Notes under the pieces: generated by a model
The model's database searches: none
What the model saw: the letters and a program-made list of their open reading frames with translations, nothing else
What the model was told of the DNA's origin: nothing
Source of the DNA: Candidatus Kerfeldbacteria bacterium
GTDB taxonomy: Bacteria > Patescibacteriota > Patescibacteriia > UBA10025 > JAHIVO01
Length of the DNA stretch: 64,000 nucleotides
Direction: 5' to 3'
NCBI GenBank assembly: GCA_047946875.1
Contig: CP181398.1
Coordinates: 574,514-638,513 of the forward strand
Made by a program: the position numbers and the translations under genes
Shown here: positions 40,134 to 50,801 of the stretch, piece after piece
Numbering within the stretch: the first letter of the stretch is position 1
Layout: every line of letters starts with the position of its first letter

Positions 40134-40964
40134 TTAATTCATCAAATTTTCTAAATCCAGTAAATTCATATCTGGCAGAATAACAGTACTAGTAATAGGA
40201 TAAGATACATTGTCCCATCGAGAATTTAACAATGTTGCTTCACCAGTTTCAAATTTATCAAAATATGCATAATCCAGACCCGCAATAATATCATTACTAT
40301 ATAAGACTACTACAAACTTTGTAGACCAAAAACTTCTAAATGAATTATTTTTTATATCTGCTTTCACCGAACTAACTATAGATCCATTAGATGCCAATAA
40401 ACTAGAATACTCTATATTTTCTACAGAAAAATTAATTGGCAATAAATCTTCATCATTAACTACCCTCTTCCAGTTTAATTTTACGATATCTAAAGCTAAA
40501 GATACTTGATTTCCTTCACCAGAAACCTCCACTCCCGAAATTGTTAAATACTTATCACTTTGAGGCATAATATAATCAGTAAAAACTTCTGTTTCTTGTC
40601 CATTAATTACAAATTTATACTCAATAGATTCTACTGCCCAATTAGTGTTACTATTCATTAAATGAGCAACTACATCAAATTTACCATTAGCAGCAGATAA
40701 TATGGTCGTATCGACACTTTTTATCGGAATTGGTATATTCCTTTCTTTAATAAGATTATAATCTATTGTATCTTTCGACATTGAAAATATCAAATTGTTA
40801 TGTTTTTGCGTTCCCACTGCATATAATATTCCGTTAGTAAACGTAAAAACGACAACAAAAACAGTAGCAGCAATAAGTAATATCATCCACCATTTTTTAA
40901 AATCATTTCTATTTGCCAGTACAAAATAGTTGATTTTTAGCCAAAAAGTATTCGCATCAAACAT
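40134..40964 (-). CDS. Hypothetical membrane-anchored protein
   Basis: One TM helix then a beta-rich region; probable ATG at 40964. Confidence 0.7.
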   Translation of the reverse strand: MFDANTFWLKINYFVLANRNDFKKWWMILLIAATVFVVVFTFTNGILYAVGTQKHNNLIFSMSKDTIDYNLIKERNIPIPIKSVDTTILSAANGKFDVVAHLMNSNTNWAVESIEYKFVINGQETEVFTDYIMPQSDKYLTISGVEVSGEGNQVSLALDIVKLNWKRVVNDEDLLPINFSVENIEYSSLLASNGSIVSSVKADIKNNSFRSFWSTKFVVVLYSNDIIAGLDYAYFDKFETGEATLLNSRWDNVSYPITSTVILPDMNLLDLENLMN

Positions 40965-41099
40965 AATTAAATTAATAGTAAATATATTGAATAAATAGAT
41001 TTTACCACAATTTACTGTTTTTGAGAACAAACATTGAAGATAGTAATATTTGTGCTATAATATAGTAAAATTAAGATCTAAAAATTTAAAAATAATTAT

Positions 41100-41405
41100 A
41101 TGTTGGAAACAAGTAAAGATCTATTAAACATCTTGATTGGGGTATCAGTAGCCTCTTTTGCTTTTTTTATTTGTTGGGCGATTTTTTATCTCATTATGAT
41201 TCTGAAATCAGGATATCAAGCAACAAAAGAAATTACTGATTTCGTATCAAGTCTCAAACAAAAATTAGATAAATTTGAAAATCTACTCACTACAATCGAA
41301 GAAAAGATTAAAAGCTCTACCTCATATATACCATTGATCATGAAAGGTGTTTCTGAATTAATAGATTATATTAAAAATAAAAAAGAATCAAAGAAAAAAA
41401 AGTAA
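41100..41405 (+). CDS. Small membrane/coiled-coil protein
   Basis: TM helix plus coiled coil; preceded by a TGCTATAAT promoter. Confidence 0.7.
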   Translation: MLETSKDLLNILIGVSVASFAFFICWAIFYLIMILKSGYQATKEITDFVSSLKQKLDKFENLLTTIEEKIKSSTSYIPLIMKGVSELIDYIKNKKESKKKK

Positions 41406-41461
41406 AAAATTCAGATCATCGTTAAATAAAAAGTACCCATTTCTAAAATAATAAATTTTAT

Positions 41462-44400
41462 ATGTCGGACTTCGTACATCTCCATGTCCACAGTCATTAT
41501 AGTCTCTTAGATGGACTTGCAAAAATAGACGATTTGGTTGAAAAAACCAAAGAACTTAAGATGCCTGCAGTAGCATTGACTGACCATGGTGTAATGCATG
41601 GAGTTGTTGAGTTTTATCAAAAAGCTAAAAAAGCTGGAATCAAACCAATTATTGGAGTTGAAGCATATGTTGCTCGTAATGGAATGCATAACAAGAGAGC
41701 AAAGATTGATGAGCGACCCTATCATCTAGTTTTATTAGCACGCAACAACGAAGGGTATAAAAATTTAGTAAAACTTACTACCAAAGCACATTTGGAGGGT
41801 TTTTATTATAAACCGAGGATTGATATTGAATTACTAAAAAAACATTCCGAAGGTCTAATTGGTTTGAGTGCTTGCTTACAAGGCATGATATCTAGACCTT
41901 TTATTAATGATGATGATGACTTAGCAAAAGAGAATGCCTTAACTCTCAAAGAAATATTTGGTAAAGATAATTTTTATTTAGAAGTACAGCACAATCCTTC
42001 TATCGACCATCAAGCAAAAGTAAATGAAAAAATATTTACTTTAGGAAAAGAATTAGACATACCTATTGTTGCTACTAATGATGTACATTATTTAAATAAG
42101 GAAGATGATGAAATTCATGATATCTTAATTTGTCTACAAACAAAAAGAAAGCAAAAAGACACGGACCGTATGTCATACATGGGTGAAGATTTTTCACTCA
42201 AATCAGCTGATAATATGAAATTAGCTTTCCCAAATCACCCAGAAGTTATTTCAAATACTCTTAAAGTCATGGAACGCTGTAATGTAGAATTAGAACTAGG
42301 TAAAACACACCTACCATACTACGAGGTACCAAAAGGCCAAACCGCTGATGAATTTCTAAAAAAACTATGTTATGAGGGTATAAGTAGTCGATTTCCAGGT
42401 CAAGAAAAAGACAAAATTATATTAGAAAGACTTGAATATGAACTTTCTATTATTGTTAAAACTGGCTATGCAACATATTTTTTGATTGTTCAAGATTTTG
42501 TTAATTGGGCAAAAAAAGAAGGTATTGTCGTAGGTCCAGGGCGTGGTTCAGCAGCCGGTAGCATAGTCTCCTACTTATTGAATATTACTAATATAGATCC
42601 AATTAAATATAATTTGATTTTTGAAAGATTTTTAAACCCAGAACGTGTATCCATGCCTGATATTGATCTTGATTTTGCAGATGCTAGGCGTGATGAAGTT
42701 ATTGGGTATGTAGAAAAAAAATACGGAAAAGATCACGTTGCGCAAATTATTACATTCGGAACGATGGCCGCAAGAGCAGCTGTCCGTGACGCAGGCCGTG
42801 TTTTGGATATCCCCTATTCTTATTGTGATAAAGTAGCAAAATTAATTCCAATGTTTACTACTATCAATAAAGCTTTGGAAACGGTTACAGAATTAAAAGA
42901 AATTTACGATAGTGATCCTGATGGACAAAAATTAATCTATTCTGCCCAAAAATTAGAAGGTGTAGCTAGGCATGCTTCTACACATGCTTGTGGTGTTGTA
43001 ATCACTAAAGAACCTCTGGATCATTATGTGCCAAGTCAATTTGCTGCACGAGGAGGTACAGATGAAACCGTAGTAACTCAATACGATCTTCATGCTGTTG
43101 AAGATCTAGGATTATTAAAAATGGACTTCCTAGGATTAAAAAATCTTAGTATTTTAGAAAATACTATTGATATCATCAAAAAAACCAGGAACATCACAAT
43201 CGATGTAGATAACTTACCATTAGATGATCCAAAAGCTTATGACTTATTAAAAAAAGGAATTACGACCGGTATTTTCCAACTTGAATCAGCTGGCATGAGA
43301 AGGTATCTAAAACAACTAAAACCAACAGAGATTGAAGACATTATAGCTATGGTCGCATTATATCGTCCAGGTCCAATGGAATACATCCCAGATTTTATTG
43401 CTGGTAAACATGGTAAGAAAAAAATTACTTACCTTCACCCTAAGTTAAAACCAATTCTTCAAAATACATACGGCGTGGCTGTTTATCAAGAACAACTAAT
43501 GAGAATTGCTAGAGATCTTGCTGGATTTTCACTTTCAGAAGCAGATATTCTACGTAAAGCAGTCGGTAAAAAAATTAAAAAATTACTCGTTGAACAAAAA
43601 AATAAACTAATCAGTGGAATGATAGTTAACAATATCGATAAATCTACCGCTTTAAAAATATGGAAATTAGTAGAACCATTTGCTGATTATGGATTTGTAA
43701 GAGCTCATGCTGCTTGTTATGCTATGATTGCCTATCAAACAGCATATTTCAAAGCAAATTATCCTGATGAATTTATGGCCTCATTACTGACATCTGATTA
43801 TGGTGATATTGATCGTATCGCTATTGAAGTTGAGGAATGTGAAGCATTAGGTATAAAAGTCTTACCTCCAGATATTAATGAAAGCTACTCAACATTTACA
43901 GCTGTCTTTAATCATGAAACAAAATTACCAGATAAAAAAATTAGATTTGGATTATTAGCTATAAAAAATGTAGGCTTCAATATTGCTAAAACAATAATTA
44001 GAGAACGCAAAGATAATGGACCATACAAAAACTTAGAAGACCTACTAACTCGCGTACGAACCAAAGACCTAAATAAAAAATCATTAGAGAGTTTGATTAA
44101 AGCTGGTGCCTTGGATAAATTTAATGAAAGGAATCAACTATTACAAAATATTGATACACTATTAGCTCTAGCCAAATCAGCGGAAAAAGAAGCAACAAAC
44201 AATCAAATCAATCTATTTGGATCTTTGCCAACCAGCAATACACCACAACTACGACTAAAACAAACTGAACCAGCAACTAAAAAAGAAACCCTAGCTTGGG
44301 AAAAGGAATTCATGGGATTATATATTTCTGACCATCCTCTAAAAGCATACAAAGATTATCTTAAAAATATCGCTACTCCTATCAATGAAATTACGATGGA

Positions 44401-44911
44401 AAAAAGAAACCAAGAAATAACCGTAGGTGGAATTATTACAAATATAAAAAAAATTATCACTCGTAAAGGCCAGCCTATGCTTTTTGTAAAAATTGAAGAT
44501 CATACAGGACACCTAGAATTATTAGTTTTCCCTACTGTCTTAGAAAAATATCCAAATCTTTGGGTAGAAGAAAAAATAATTATTGCTAAAGGAAAACTTT
44601 CCGACAAAGATGGTGATATCAAGCTACTTTGCGACCAAGTTAAAGAACTAAACGAAGATATAAGCGATCAACCTCCTTCAGAAAATAGTGGTAAAGAAAA
44701 TATTCATTTAAATATTCCAAAAGCATTATCTGCAATAAAATTTAACCAATTAAAAGATTTATTAAAATCTTCTCATGGCAATTTTAGAGTTCATCTTAAA
44801 TTTAATACTTCTGACAAAATTAAAACTTTAACTACAAAACTATTTGTCAAAGAAGATTGCTTTGATTTAGTTCGAACACTGATTGGACAGGATAATGTAA
44901 AAATATCATAA
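41462..44911 (+). CDS. dnaE: DNA polymerase III alpha subunit
   Basis: HLHVHSHYSLLDG PHP domain, GPGRGSAAGS, MPDIDLDF, KMDFLGL. Confidence 0.98.
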   Translation: MSDFVHLHVHSHYSLLDGLAKIDDLVEKTKELKMPAVALTDHGVMHGVVEFYQKAKKAGIKPIIGVEAYVARNGMHNKRAKIDERPYHLVLLARNNEGYKNLVKLTTKAHLEGFYYKPRIDIELLKKHSEGLIGLSACLQGMISRPFINDDDDLAKENALTLKEIFGKDNFYLEVQHNPSIDHQAKVNEKIFTLGKELDIPIVATNDVHYLNKEDDEIHDILICLQTKRKQKDTDRMSYMGEDFSLKSADNMKLAFPNHPEVISNTLKVMERCNVELELGKTHLPYYEVPKGQTADEFLKKLCYEGISSRFPGQEKDKIILERLEYELSIIVKTGYATYFLIVQDFVNWAKKEGIVVGPGRGSAAGSIVSYLLNITNIDPIKYNLIFERFLNPERVSMPDIDLDFADARRDEVIGYVEKKYGKDHVAQIITFGTMAARAAVRDAGRVLDIPYSYCDKVAKLIPMFTTINKALETVTELKEIYDSDPDGQKLIYSAQKLEGVARHASTHACGVVITKEPLDHYVPSQFAARGGTDETVVTQYDLHAVEDLGLLKMDFLGLKNLSILENTIDIIKKTRNITIDVDNLPLDDPKAYDLLKKGITTGIFQLESAGMRRYLKQLKPTEIEDIIAMVALYRPGPMEYIPDFIAGKHGKKKITYLHPKLKPILQNTYGVAVYQEQLMRIARDLAGFSLSEADILRKAVGKKIKKLLVEQKNKLISGMIVNNIDKSTALKIWKLVEPFADYGFVRAHAACYAMIAYQTAYFKANYPDEFMASLLTSDYGDIDRIAIEVEECEALGIKVLPPDINESYSTFTAVFNHETKLPDKKIRFGLLAIKNVGFNIAKTIIRERKDNGPYKNLEDLLTRVRTKDLNKKSLESLIKAGALDKFNERNQLLQNIDTLLALAKSAEKEATNNQINLFGSLPTSNTPQLRLKQTEPATKKETLAWEKEFMGLYISDHPLKAYKDYLKNIATPINEITMEKRNQEITVGGIITNIKKIITRKGQPMLFVKIEDHTGHLELLVFPTVLEKYPNLWVEEKIIIAKGKLSDKDGDIKLLCDQVKELNEDISDQPPSENSGKENIHLNIPKALSAIKFNQLKDLLKSSHGNFRVHLKFNTSDKIKTLTTKLFVKEDCFDLVRTLIGQDNVKIS

Positions 44912-44918
44912 TATATAT

Positions 44919-46079
44919 ATGGGAAATTTATCAACATTACAAACAACGAAAATATATAAGAAAATTATAATTATCTTCTCTATTGTTGTCTTTGCAACAT
45001 TGGGAATAATAATTTATTATTCTTTTTCAAAGACAGTGCTCACTATCACTCTTGTTCCACAAGATACTGAAACTAACTTTAATATAGATATAAAAGAAGA
45101 ACTCAGCGAAGAAGACCTAGACTCTAATCATAAAATGACTGGAACTTTTTTATCAACAATAGTTACAAATACAAAAACATATACAAATACAAACCAAGGA
45201 GAGAAAGTTGATGCCCTCGCAAGCGGTACAGTAACCATATATAATAACTGGTCAGATCTTCAACCTTTAGCCGCAACAACCAGACTACTATCACTAGACG
45301 GGGTTCTATTCCATACCAAAGATAGAGTTGACGTGCCAGCGGGTGGAAAACTAGAAAACGTTGAAGTCTATGCTGATAAAGAAGGTATCTCAGGAAATAT
45401 CGAGAAAACTACTTTTACTATCCCAGGCCTTTGGGAAGGATTACAAGAACAGATATACGCTGAAAGTTTCACCCCAATGACTGGTGGTCAACAAGATGCT
45501 AAAATCATTACGCAAAAATTAATTGATGAGGCAACTACAAATTTAAGAGAAGAACTTCTAGATGAAGCTAAATCAATTTTTGCTCAATCCGATGAAGTAT
45601 TAAATAAAAAATATGAAAAACTTGGCCAAGCCCTATCAACTATCACTTTAGAAAAAATCACAACCCCCGAAGCAGGTATTATAGCTCCCTCTTTTGATCT
45701 CACTCTAAAACTAAATGTCTTAGGTATTATTTTTGATGAAAACGAACTAATAACGATTGCTGAAAATAATGTCATCTTAAATCTAGCAGATGACGAAAAA
45801 TTATATTCTTTGTCCGACAAATTAATATCATATTCTCCTAGTACTCCTAATTTTGATGAAAAAAACGCAACTCTAAATATTGATTTTGCAACTCAAAAAA
45901 TTCTTCGTTCTACTAGTTCAATTTTTGATAAAGATAATCTTGTTAATAAAGATGAAAATGAAATCAAGGCTTACTTCTCAAATTTCAATGGTATTGGTAC
46001 AATTTCTACAAAGTTCTCACCATTTTGGGTATCAAAAACACCAACACTTAAAGATCATATTGAACTAGAGATTCAATAA
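44919..46079 (+). CDS. Membrane-anchored baseplate-J-like domain protein
   Basis: ASGTVTIYN....QPL..TTRL...G..F......VP, V.AD..G...NI....FTIPG, GG, SPFW. Confidence 0.6.
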   Translation: MGNLSTLQTTKIYKKIIIIFSIVVFATLGIIIYYSFSKTVLTITLVPQDTETNFNIDIKEELSEEDLDSNHKMTGTFLSTIVTNTKTYTNTNQGEKVDALASGTVTIYNNWSDLQPLAATTRLLSLDGVLFHTKDRVDVPAGGKLENVEVYADKEGISGNIEKTTFTIPGLWEGLQEQIYAESFTPMTGGQQDAKIITQKLIDEATTNLREELLDEAKSIFAQSDEVLNKKYEKLGQALSTITLEKITTPEAGIIAPSFDLTLKLNVLGIIFDENELITIAENNVILNLADDEKLYSLSDKLISYSPSTPNFDEKNATLNIDFATQKILRSTSSIFDKDNLVNKDENEIKAYFSNFNGIGTISTKFSPFWVSKTPTLKDHIELEIQ

Positions 46080-46119
46080 TTCATATTTGACAAATAATCC
46101 GGATAATCGTAAGCTATAA

Positions 46120-46296
46120 AAGCCTTGTCGTGATTGAAACGTTTACCAAACGTTTTGGCAAATAATGCCAGTTAAAAATAACCCAAGCGATAGGTCAATT
46201 TAAATAAAGAGTTTTCGCATTTATTGTGAAAGAATATGGGTGGAACCGCCCGAAATTTATCAGGGTCCCAAAGTAATAATTACTTTGGGTATTTTT
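46120..46296 (+). promoter_or_regulatory. T-box riboswitch leader of thrS
   Basis: T-box AATATGGGTGGAACCGC (46233-46249), complement GGGTCCCA, terminator CCCAAAGTAAT/ATTACTTTGGG plus T-tract; ACC codons at 46145 and 46181; TTGACA promoter upstream. Confidence 0.85.
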
Positions 46297-46313
46297 AATT
46301 TAACAGATAATAT

Positions 46314-48032
46314 ATGAACAATAATATTGAAAAAATAAGACATTCTCTCTCACATCTAATGGCCATGGCCGTACTTGAAATTTTTCCTCAAGCCAAACTT
46401 GCAATTGGCCCAGTTATTGACGATGGTTTTTACTATGATTTTGACATCCCTCGCACTTTCACTCCACAAGATTTGCAAAAAATTGAACAAAGGATGAGAA
46501 AGTTGATCAAACAAAATATTAAGTTTGAAAAAATTAAAGTAACATCTAAAAAAGCTAAAGAACTTTCCAAAGATCAAATATATAAGTTAGAATTAATTGA
46601 TGAACTAATAAAAGAAAACAGTCCCATAACATACTATCAATCAAATAAATTTCTTGATCTTTGTAGTGGACCTCACGTTGAATCAACAAAAGAAATTAAT
46701 AAAGAAGCATTTAAATTAACTAAAAGTGCTGGTGCTTATTGGCGTGGTGATGAAAAAAATAAAATGCTCCAAAGAATTTATGGAGTTGCTTTTGATAATA
46801 AAAAAGAATTAGATAATTATTTAGCATTACAAAAAGAAATAAAAAAACGTGATCATCGAAAACTTGGTAAAGAGTTAGATTTATTTTCATTTCATGATGT
46901 AGCGCCTGGAGCTCCATTTTGGCATCCAAATGGAATGATTATCATAAAAGAGTTAGAAACATTATGGAGAAATATTCATGATAAAAATGGATATCAAGAA
47001 ACTTCGACTCCTATCATGAATAAAAGAGAACTATGGGAAAAATCAGGTCATTGGGAACATTATTCAGAAGATATGTTTAGACTAAAGGTTAATGAGCAAG
47101 AATTCGCTTTAAAACCAATGAACTGTCCTAATTCAACTTATATATATAATTCGCATCTTAGAAGTTACAAAGATTTACCAATACGTCTTTCAGAGATTGG
47201 ACGTTTGCATAGGAATGAACTAACTGGTGCGCTAGGCGGTTTATTTAGAGTTAGACAAATCACTATGGATGATGCACATATCTTTTGTCGACCAGATCAA
47301 ATAGAAAAAGAAATAACTGGAGTCATAAAATTAATTAAACAATTTTACAAAATTTTTAATTTCAAACCTGAGATGGTTTTATCAACCATGCCAAAAAATC
47401 ATCTTGGTGACAAAAAAACTTGGAATTTTGCAGAAGATGCATTAACTCAAGCTTTGAAAAAAAATAAGATTGATTATAAAATCAACCCTGGAGATGGAGC
47501 TTTCTATGGTCCAAAAATTGATATTGTAATTAATGATAATCTTAGTAGAGAATGGCAAATGGCCACTATCCAGCTAGACTTTAACATCCCTCAAAGATTT
47601 AATCTCACTTATACAGATAATAAAGGGAAAAAACAAACTCCAGTAATAATCCATCGCGCAATATTTGGTTCGTTTGAAAGATTTATGGGTATATTAATTG
47701 AGCATTATGCTGGTAACTTCCCTGTTTGGCTTTCCCCTTCTCAAATCACAATCTTAACAGTTGCTAAGAGTCATAAAAAATTTGCCAGTAAACTTAATGA
47801 CAAATTTAAAGAACAAGGATTTAGATCAATTCTTGATGATAATGATGATACTTTAGGATATAAAATTCGAAATGCCGAAAAACAAAAAATACCATACATT
47901 TTGGTAATTGGTGATAAGGAAATGAAAAGTAAAAACTTACATATACGACAGCATGGTTCAAAAAAAATACTTGAAATAACTACTGATAAATTTATAGCAA
48001 GGATAACCAAAGAAATTGCTGACAAAATGTAA
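46314..48032 (+). CDS. thrS: Threonine--tRNA ligase
   Basis: RHS..H, DLC.GPH, RDHRKLG, KPMNCP, GAFYGPKID, IHRA..GS.ERF. Confidence 0.98.
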   Translation: MNNNIEKIRHSLSHLMAMAVLEIFPQAKLAIGPVIDDGFYYDFDIPRTFTPQDLQKIEQRMRKLIKQNIKFEKIKVTSKKAKELSKDQIYKLELIDELIKENSPITYYQSNKFLDLCSGPHVESTKEINKEAFKLTKSAGAYWRGDEKNKMLQRIYGVAFDNKKELDNYLALQKEIKKRDHRKLGKELDLFSFHDVAPGAPFWHPNGMIIIKELETLWRNIHDKNGYQETSTPIMNKRELWEKSGHWEHYSEDMFRLKVNEQEFALKPMNCPNSTYIYNSHLRSYKDLPIRLSEIGRLHRNELTGALGGLFRVRQITMDDAHIFCRPDQIEKEITGVIKLIKQFYKIFNFKPEMVLSTMPKNHLGDKKTWNFAEDALTQALKKNKIDYKINPGDGAFYGPKIDIVINDNLSREWQMATIQLDFNIPQRFNLTYTDNKGKKQTPVIIHRAIFGSFERFMGILIEHYAGNFPVWLSPSQITILTVAKSHKKFASKLNDKFKEQGFRSILDDNDDTLGYKIRNAEKQKIPYILVIGDKEMKSKNLHIRQHGSKKILEITTDKFIARITKEIADKM

Positions 48033-48045
48033 TAAAATAATATTT

Positions 48046-48080
48046 AAACAGGTGTAATTTATTAAATTGTACCTGTTTTT
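48046..48080 (+). terminator. thrS intrinsic terminator
   Basis: aaacaggtgtaattt/aaattgtacctgttttt. Confidence 0.75.
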
Positions 48081-48094
48081 ATAAATATATAAAA

Positions 48095-48402
48095 AAAGAA
48101 GGACTAAATCGTTAGAAGTAGTCCTTATAAATTTCCACCGCGGTGGGAACAGAGAGCTGTAGCGTAAGACCGCTACGAGAATGGGGCAACAGATGCTGAT
48201 TGTGGATACAAGATGATGTCAGTATCAACATGAAGTAGCAAGTGCCCTGCCCGGCTATGGTCGACATACATTGTCGCCGTCGCTAAATTAATAGCGTTAT
48301 GGTGCCGGATTGTATAGTAATGTACGATATTACGTACTGGTGTAGGTGCTTAGTTGAAGAACCAAGCTCTCTGTTCCTCACCAAGTTACCTCCAATAAAT
48401 AA
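48095..48402 (-). ncRNA. Unidentified structured RNA of about 300 nt (or a folded small-ORF mRNA)
   Basis: Promoter TTGACA(48436)-N16-TAATAT; 17-bp closing stem 48365-48382/48142-48158; several internal hairpins; terminator 48091-48126. Confidence 0.65.
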
Positions 48403-48500
48403 TAGTACATATTAGCATACCTATTATTATTGTCAAGGGGTATTTTGTGGATATTAAAAAACACCCATATTTTACAATGTCTTTATATAATAATTAATTT

Positions 48501-48650
48501 CTAACTCATCATTAATGCAATAAATATCCCAGCTGCAATAGAACCTAAAATAGCTACCGTTAACACAACTTTTACTCCAAGACCAACTTTTTCCTCAGTC
48601 TCAACTGCAACAATCTTATTTTTATCATTGTCTAAATCTTCAAAAGCCAT
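48501..48650 (-). CDS. Small single-TM membrane protein (49 aa)
   Basis: MAFEDLDNDKNKIVAVETEEKVGLGVKVVLTVAILGSIAAGIFIALMMS; TGATATACT upstream. Confidence 0.6.
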   Translation of the reverse strand: MAFEDLDNDKNKIVAVETEEKVGLGVKVVLTVAILGSIAAGIFIALMMS

Positions 48651-48736
48651 ATTATTTATTCAACTGATTATGTAATAAGTATATCATATCAATCCCCTTG
48701 ATTGCAAAGCAATAATAAACTACAATACACACTACT

Positions 48737-50107
48737 ATGAAATATTATATCTTAGTTATTGGTTGTCAGATGAACTATTCTGATGCCGAGAGAATATCAC
48801 AAACACTAAATCAATACGATGGTCAGCAGGTAAATAAAGAAAAAGACGCTGATGTAATTTTTGTTGTGTCTTGTTCTGTAAGACAAAAAGCGATGGATAA
48901 AATATATGGTCGTATCAAAAAATGGCAAGCTAAAAGAAAAGATCATAACGTAAAAATCATATTAACTGGATGCGTTTTACCGGCTGACAGGAAAAAACTC
49001 AAAGAAAACTTTGATATTTTTATTGAAATTAAAGATTTAAATAAACTTCCTACTTTATTAAAACTATCTCGTAGTATTAATAAAAACTCCTTAACAAATG
49101 CAGACTACCTAGCATTTAAACCCAACTATAGTTCAAAATTTCAAGCATATATCCCAATCATGACAGGATGTAATAACTACTGTACTTTTTGTGCTGTCCC
49201 CTACACCAGAGGTCAAGAAGCCTCAAGACCTTCATCTGAAATTATTAAGGAGATAGAATTGTTATTAAAAAAAGGTTATAAAGAGATTACTCTACTAGGT
49301 CAAAATGTTAATGCGTACCTTGATCCAGATATGAAGCATGCAAAAGAAATTGTAAAATCACGTTCCAAACAATATTGGGAATTCAATTATGACCAACCAA
49401 TACAAAAAAGAATGGCTAGTACTAACGTAGCTAAAGATTTTGCTACACTTTTAAAAAAAATTAATAATCTTCCTGGAGATTTTTGGATACGTTTTCTCTC
49501 TTCAAACCCTCAAGATATTTCTAATGAGTTAATCAAAGTACTAGCGGAATGTAAAAAAATAGCTCCTTACTTTCATTTTGCGCTTCAATCAGGAGATGAC
49601 GAAATATTAAGAAAAATGAATAGACGCCATACTTCTAATGACTATACTCAACTTGTAAAAAAAATACGGAAAGCTAAGCCGGGTATCGCTATCTCTACAG
49701 ATATAATTGTAGGTTTTTCTGGTGAAACAAAAAAGCAATTTACAAACACCGTCAAAATTATGAAAAAAATTAAATTTGATATGGCCTATCTTGCAGAATA
49801 TTCAACCCGTCCAGGCACTACCGCTGAAAAATTTTTTAAGGACAATATATCTAATAAAGAAAAAAGATTACGAAAAGATAAATTAAACGATATATTAGAA
49901 GATAGTGCAAAAAATATTAATAAAAAAATTATTGGTGAGACTGTCCCCGTCTTAGTTGAAAAATACAATACCAAGAAAAAATTAAATATTGGCAAAACCA
50001 ATACTTATAAAACAATATATTTTACAGGAGAAAATTTGATCGGAAATTTTATAAACGTACAAGTAACCAAAGCAGATGCCTGGGGTCTACATGGCAAGTT
50101 AAAATAA
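48737..50107 (+). CDS. miaB: tRNA-i6A37 methylthiotransferase
   Basis: GCQMN..D.E, CSVR, CNNYCTFC radical SAM motif, LGQNVN, TDIIVGF, TRAM domain. Confidence 0.93.
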   Translation: MKYYILVIGCQMNYSDAERISQTLNQYDGQQVNKEKDADVIFVVSCSVRQKAMDKIYGRIKKWQAKRKDHNVKIILTGCVLPADRKKLKENFDIFIEIKDLNKLPTLLKLSRSINKNSLTNADYLAFKPNYSSKFQAYIPIMTGCNNYCTFCAVPYTRGQEASRPSSEIIKEIELLLKKGYKEITLLGQNVNAYLDPDMKHAKEIVKSRSKQYWEFNYDQPIQKRMASTNVAKDFATLLKKINNLPGDFWIRFLSSNPQDISNELIKVLAECKKIAPYFHFALQSGDDEILRKMNRRHTSNDYTQLVKKIRKAKPGIAISTDIIVGFSGETKKQFTNTVKIMKKIKFDMAYLAEYSTRPGTTAEKFFKDNISNKEKRLRKDKLNDILEDSAKNINKKIIGETVPVLVEKYNTKKKLNIGKTNTYKTIYFTGENLIGNFINVQVTKADAWGLHGKLK

Positions 50108-50138
50108 AAAAACAGGTTATTAATAAAAATATCCTGTT

Positions 50139-50801
50139 TTAGAATAAAGAGCTAAATCCATAAATTGAACCAAGTATTGCCAAATGTCGAATTATCATAC
50201 CGAGAATAAGTACAATCCATCCAATATAAGCATATTGATTATATTTTAGGATAAAAATACCTATACCTACTCCACCGGGTAAAGGAGGAAATCTTGGCAT
50301 TAGACCAAGACAAAAGATTGTAAACAAGCCAGCTTTGGTCGGCTTTTTTTTCAAATCATTTAGGTGATCTTTCATCCTATTAATTTGATTCATACCATTA
50401 GAATCACCAAAGAGTTTACTTACTTCACTACGGAATGTTTTAAGCCCAACTACTACCGCATGAATAACACTGGTAAACAAGCGCCATTTTAGTAATCCAT
50501 TTATCAACAAAATATCAAATGTAATAGTAATAGCATCAACTACTAAGAAACAAACTACGATATGCCAAAATTGATAACTTTGCGAATAAAGTCTATAAGC
50601 CAGTGCCTCGGAAGATAATAATGCAGTAATAAAGTTCAAAACATAATGACCCCAAACAAATTGGTCTAAGGTTAAATATAGAGCTATTACCAACATAATA
50701 AATGATACTACCGATGTGATAGGATATCTTCTGACACTATTTCTAATAAACATTATGAAATTTACTTTAAGCCATCGAACAAAATATTCCATTGCATCCA
50801 T
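50139..50801 (-). CDS. Hypothetical membrane protein
   Basis: Multiple TM helices; own promoter, boxA-like motif and SD. Confidence 0.7.
   Translation of the reverse strand: MDAMEYFVRWLKVNFIMFIRNSVRRYPITSVVSFIMLVIALYLTLDQFVWGHYVLNFITALLSSEALAYRLYSQSYQFWHIVVCFLVVDAITITFDILLINGLLKWRLFTSVIHAVVVGLKTFRSEVSKLFGDSNGMNQINRMKDHLNDLKKKPTKAGLFTIFCLGLMPRFPPLPGGVGIGIFILKYNQYAYIGWIVLILGMIIRHLAILGSIYGFSSLF

Noticed and set aside
44919-46079. Prophage or contractile injection system suggested by the baseplate-J-like gene
   Set aside because: Single membrane-anchored gene between dnaE and thrS with no tail, sheath or capsid genes nearby.
48130-48400. tmRNA, RNase P or SRP RNA
   Set aside because: No tRNA-like ends with a T-loop, no GAGGAAAGTCC core and no SRP helix 8 motif; 6S RNA cannot be fully excluded without cmscan.
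49310-49440. Intein or intron in miaB (about 30 aa insertion); similar short insertion in gatB
   Set aside because: Too short, in frame and without splicing motifs; likely variable loops.
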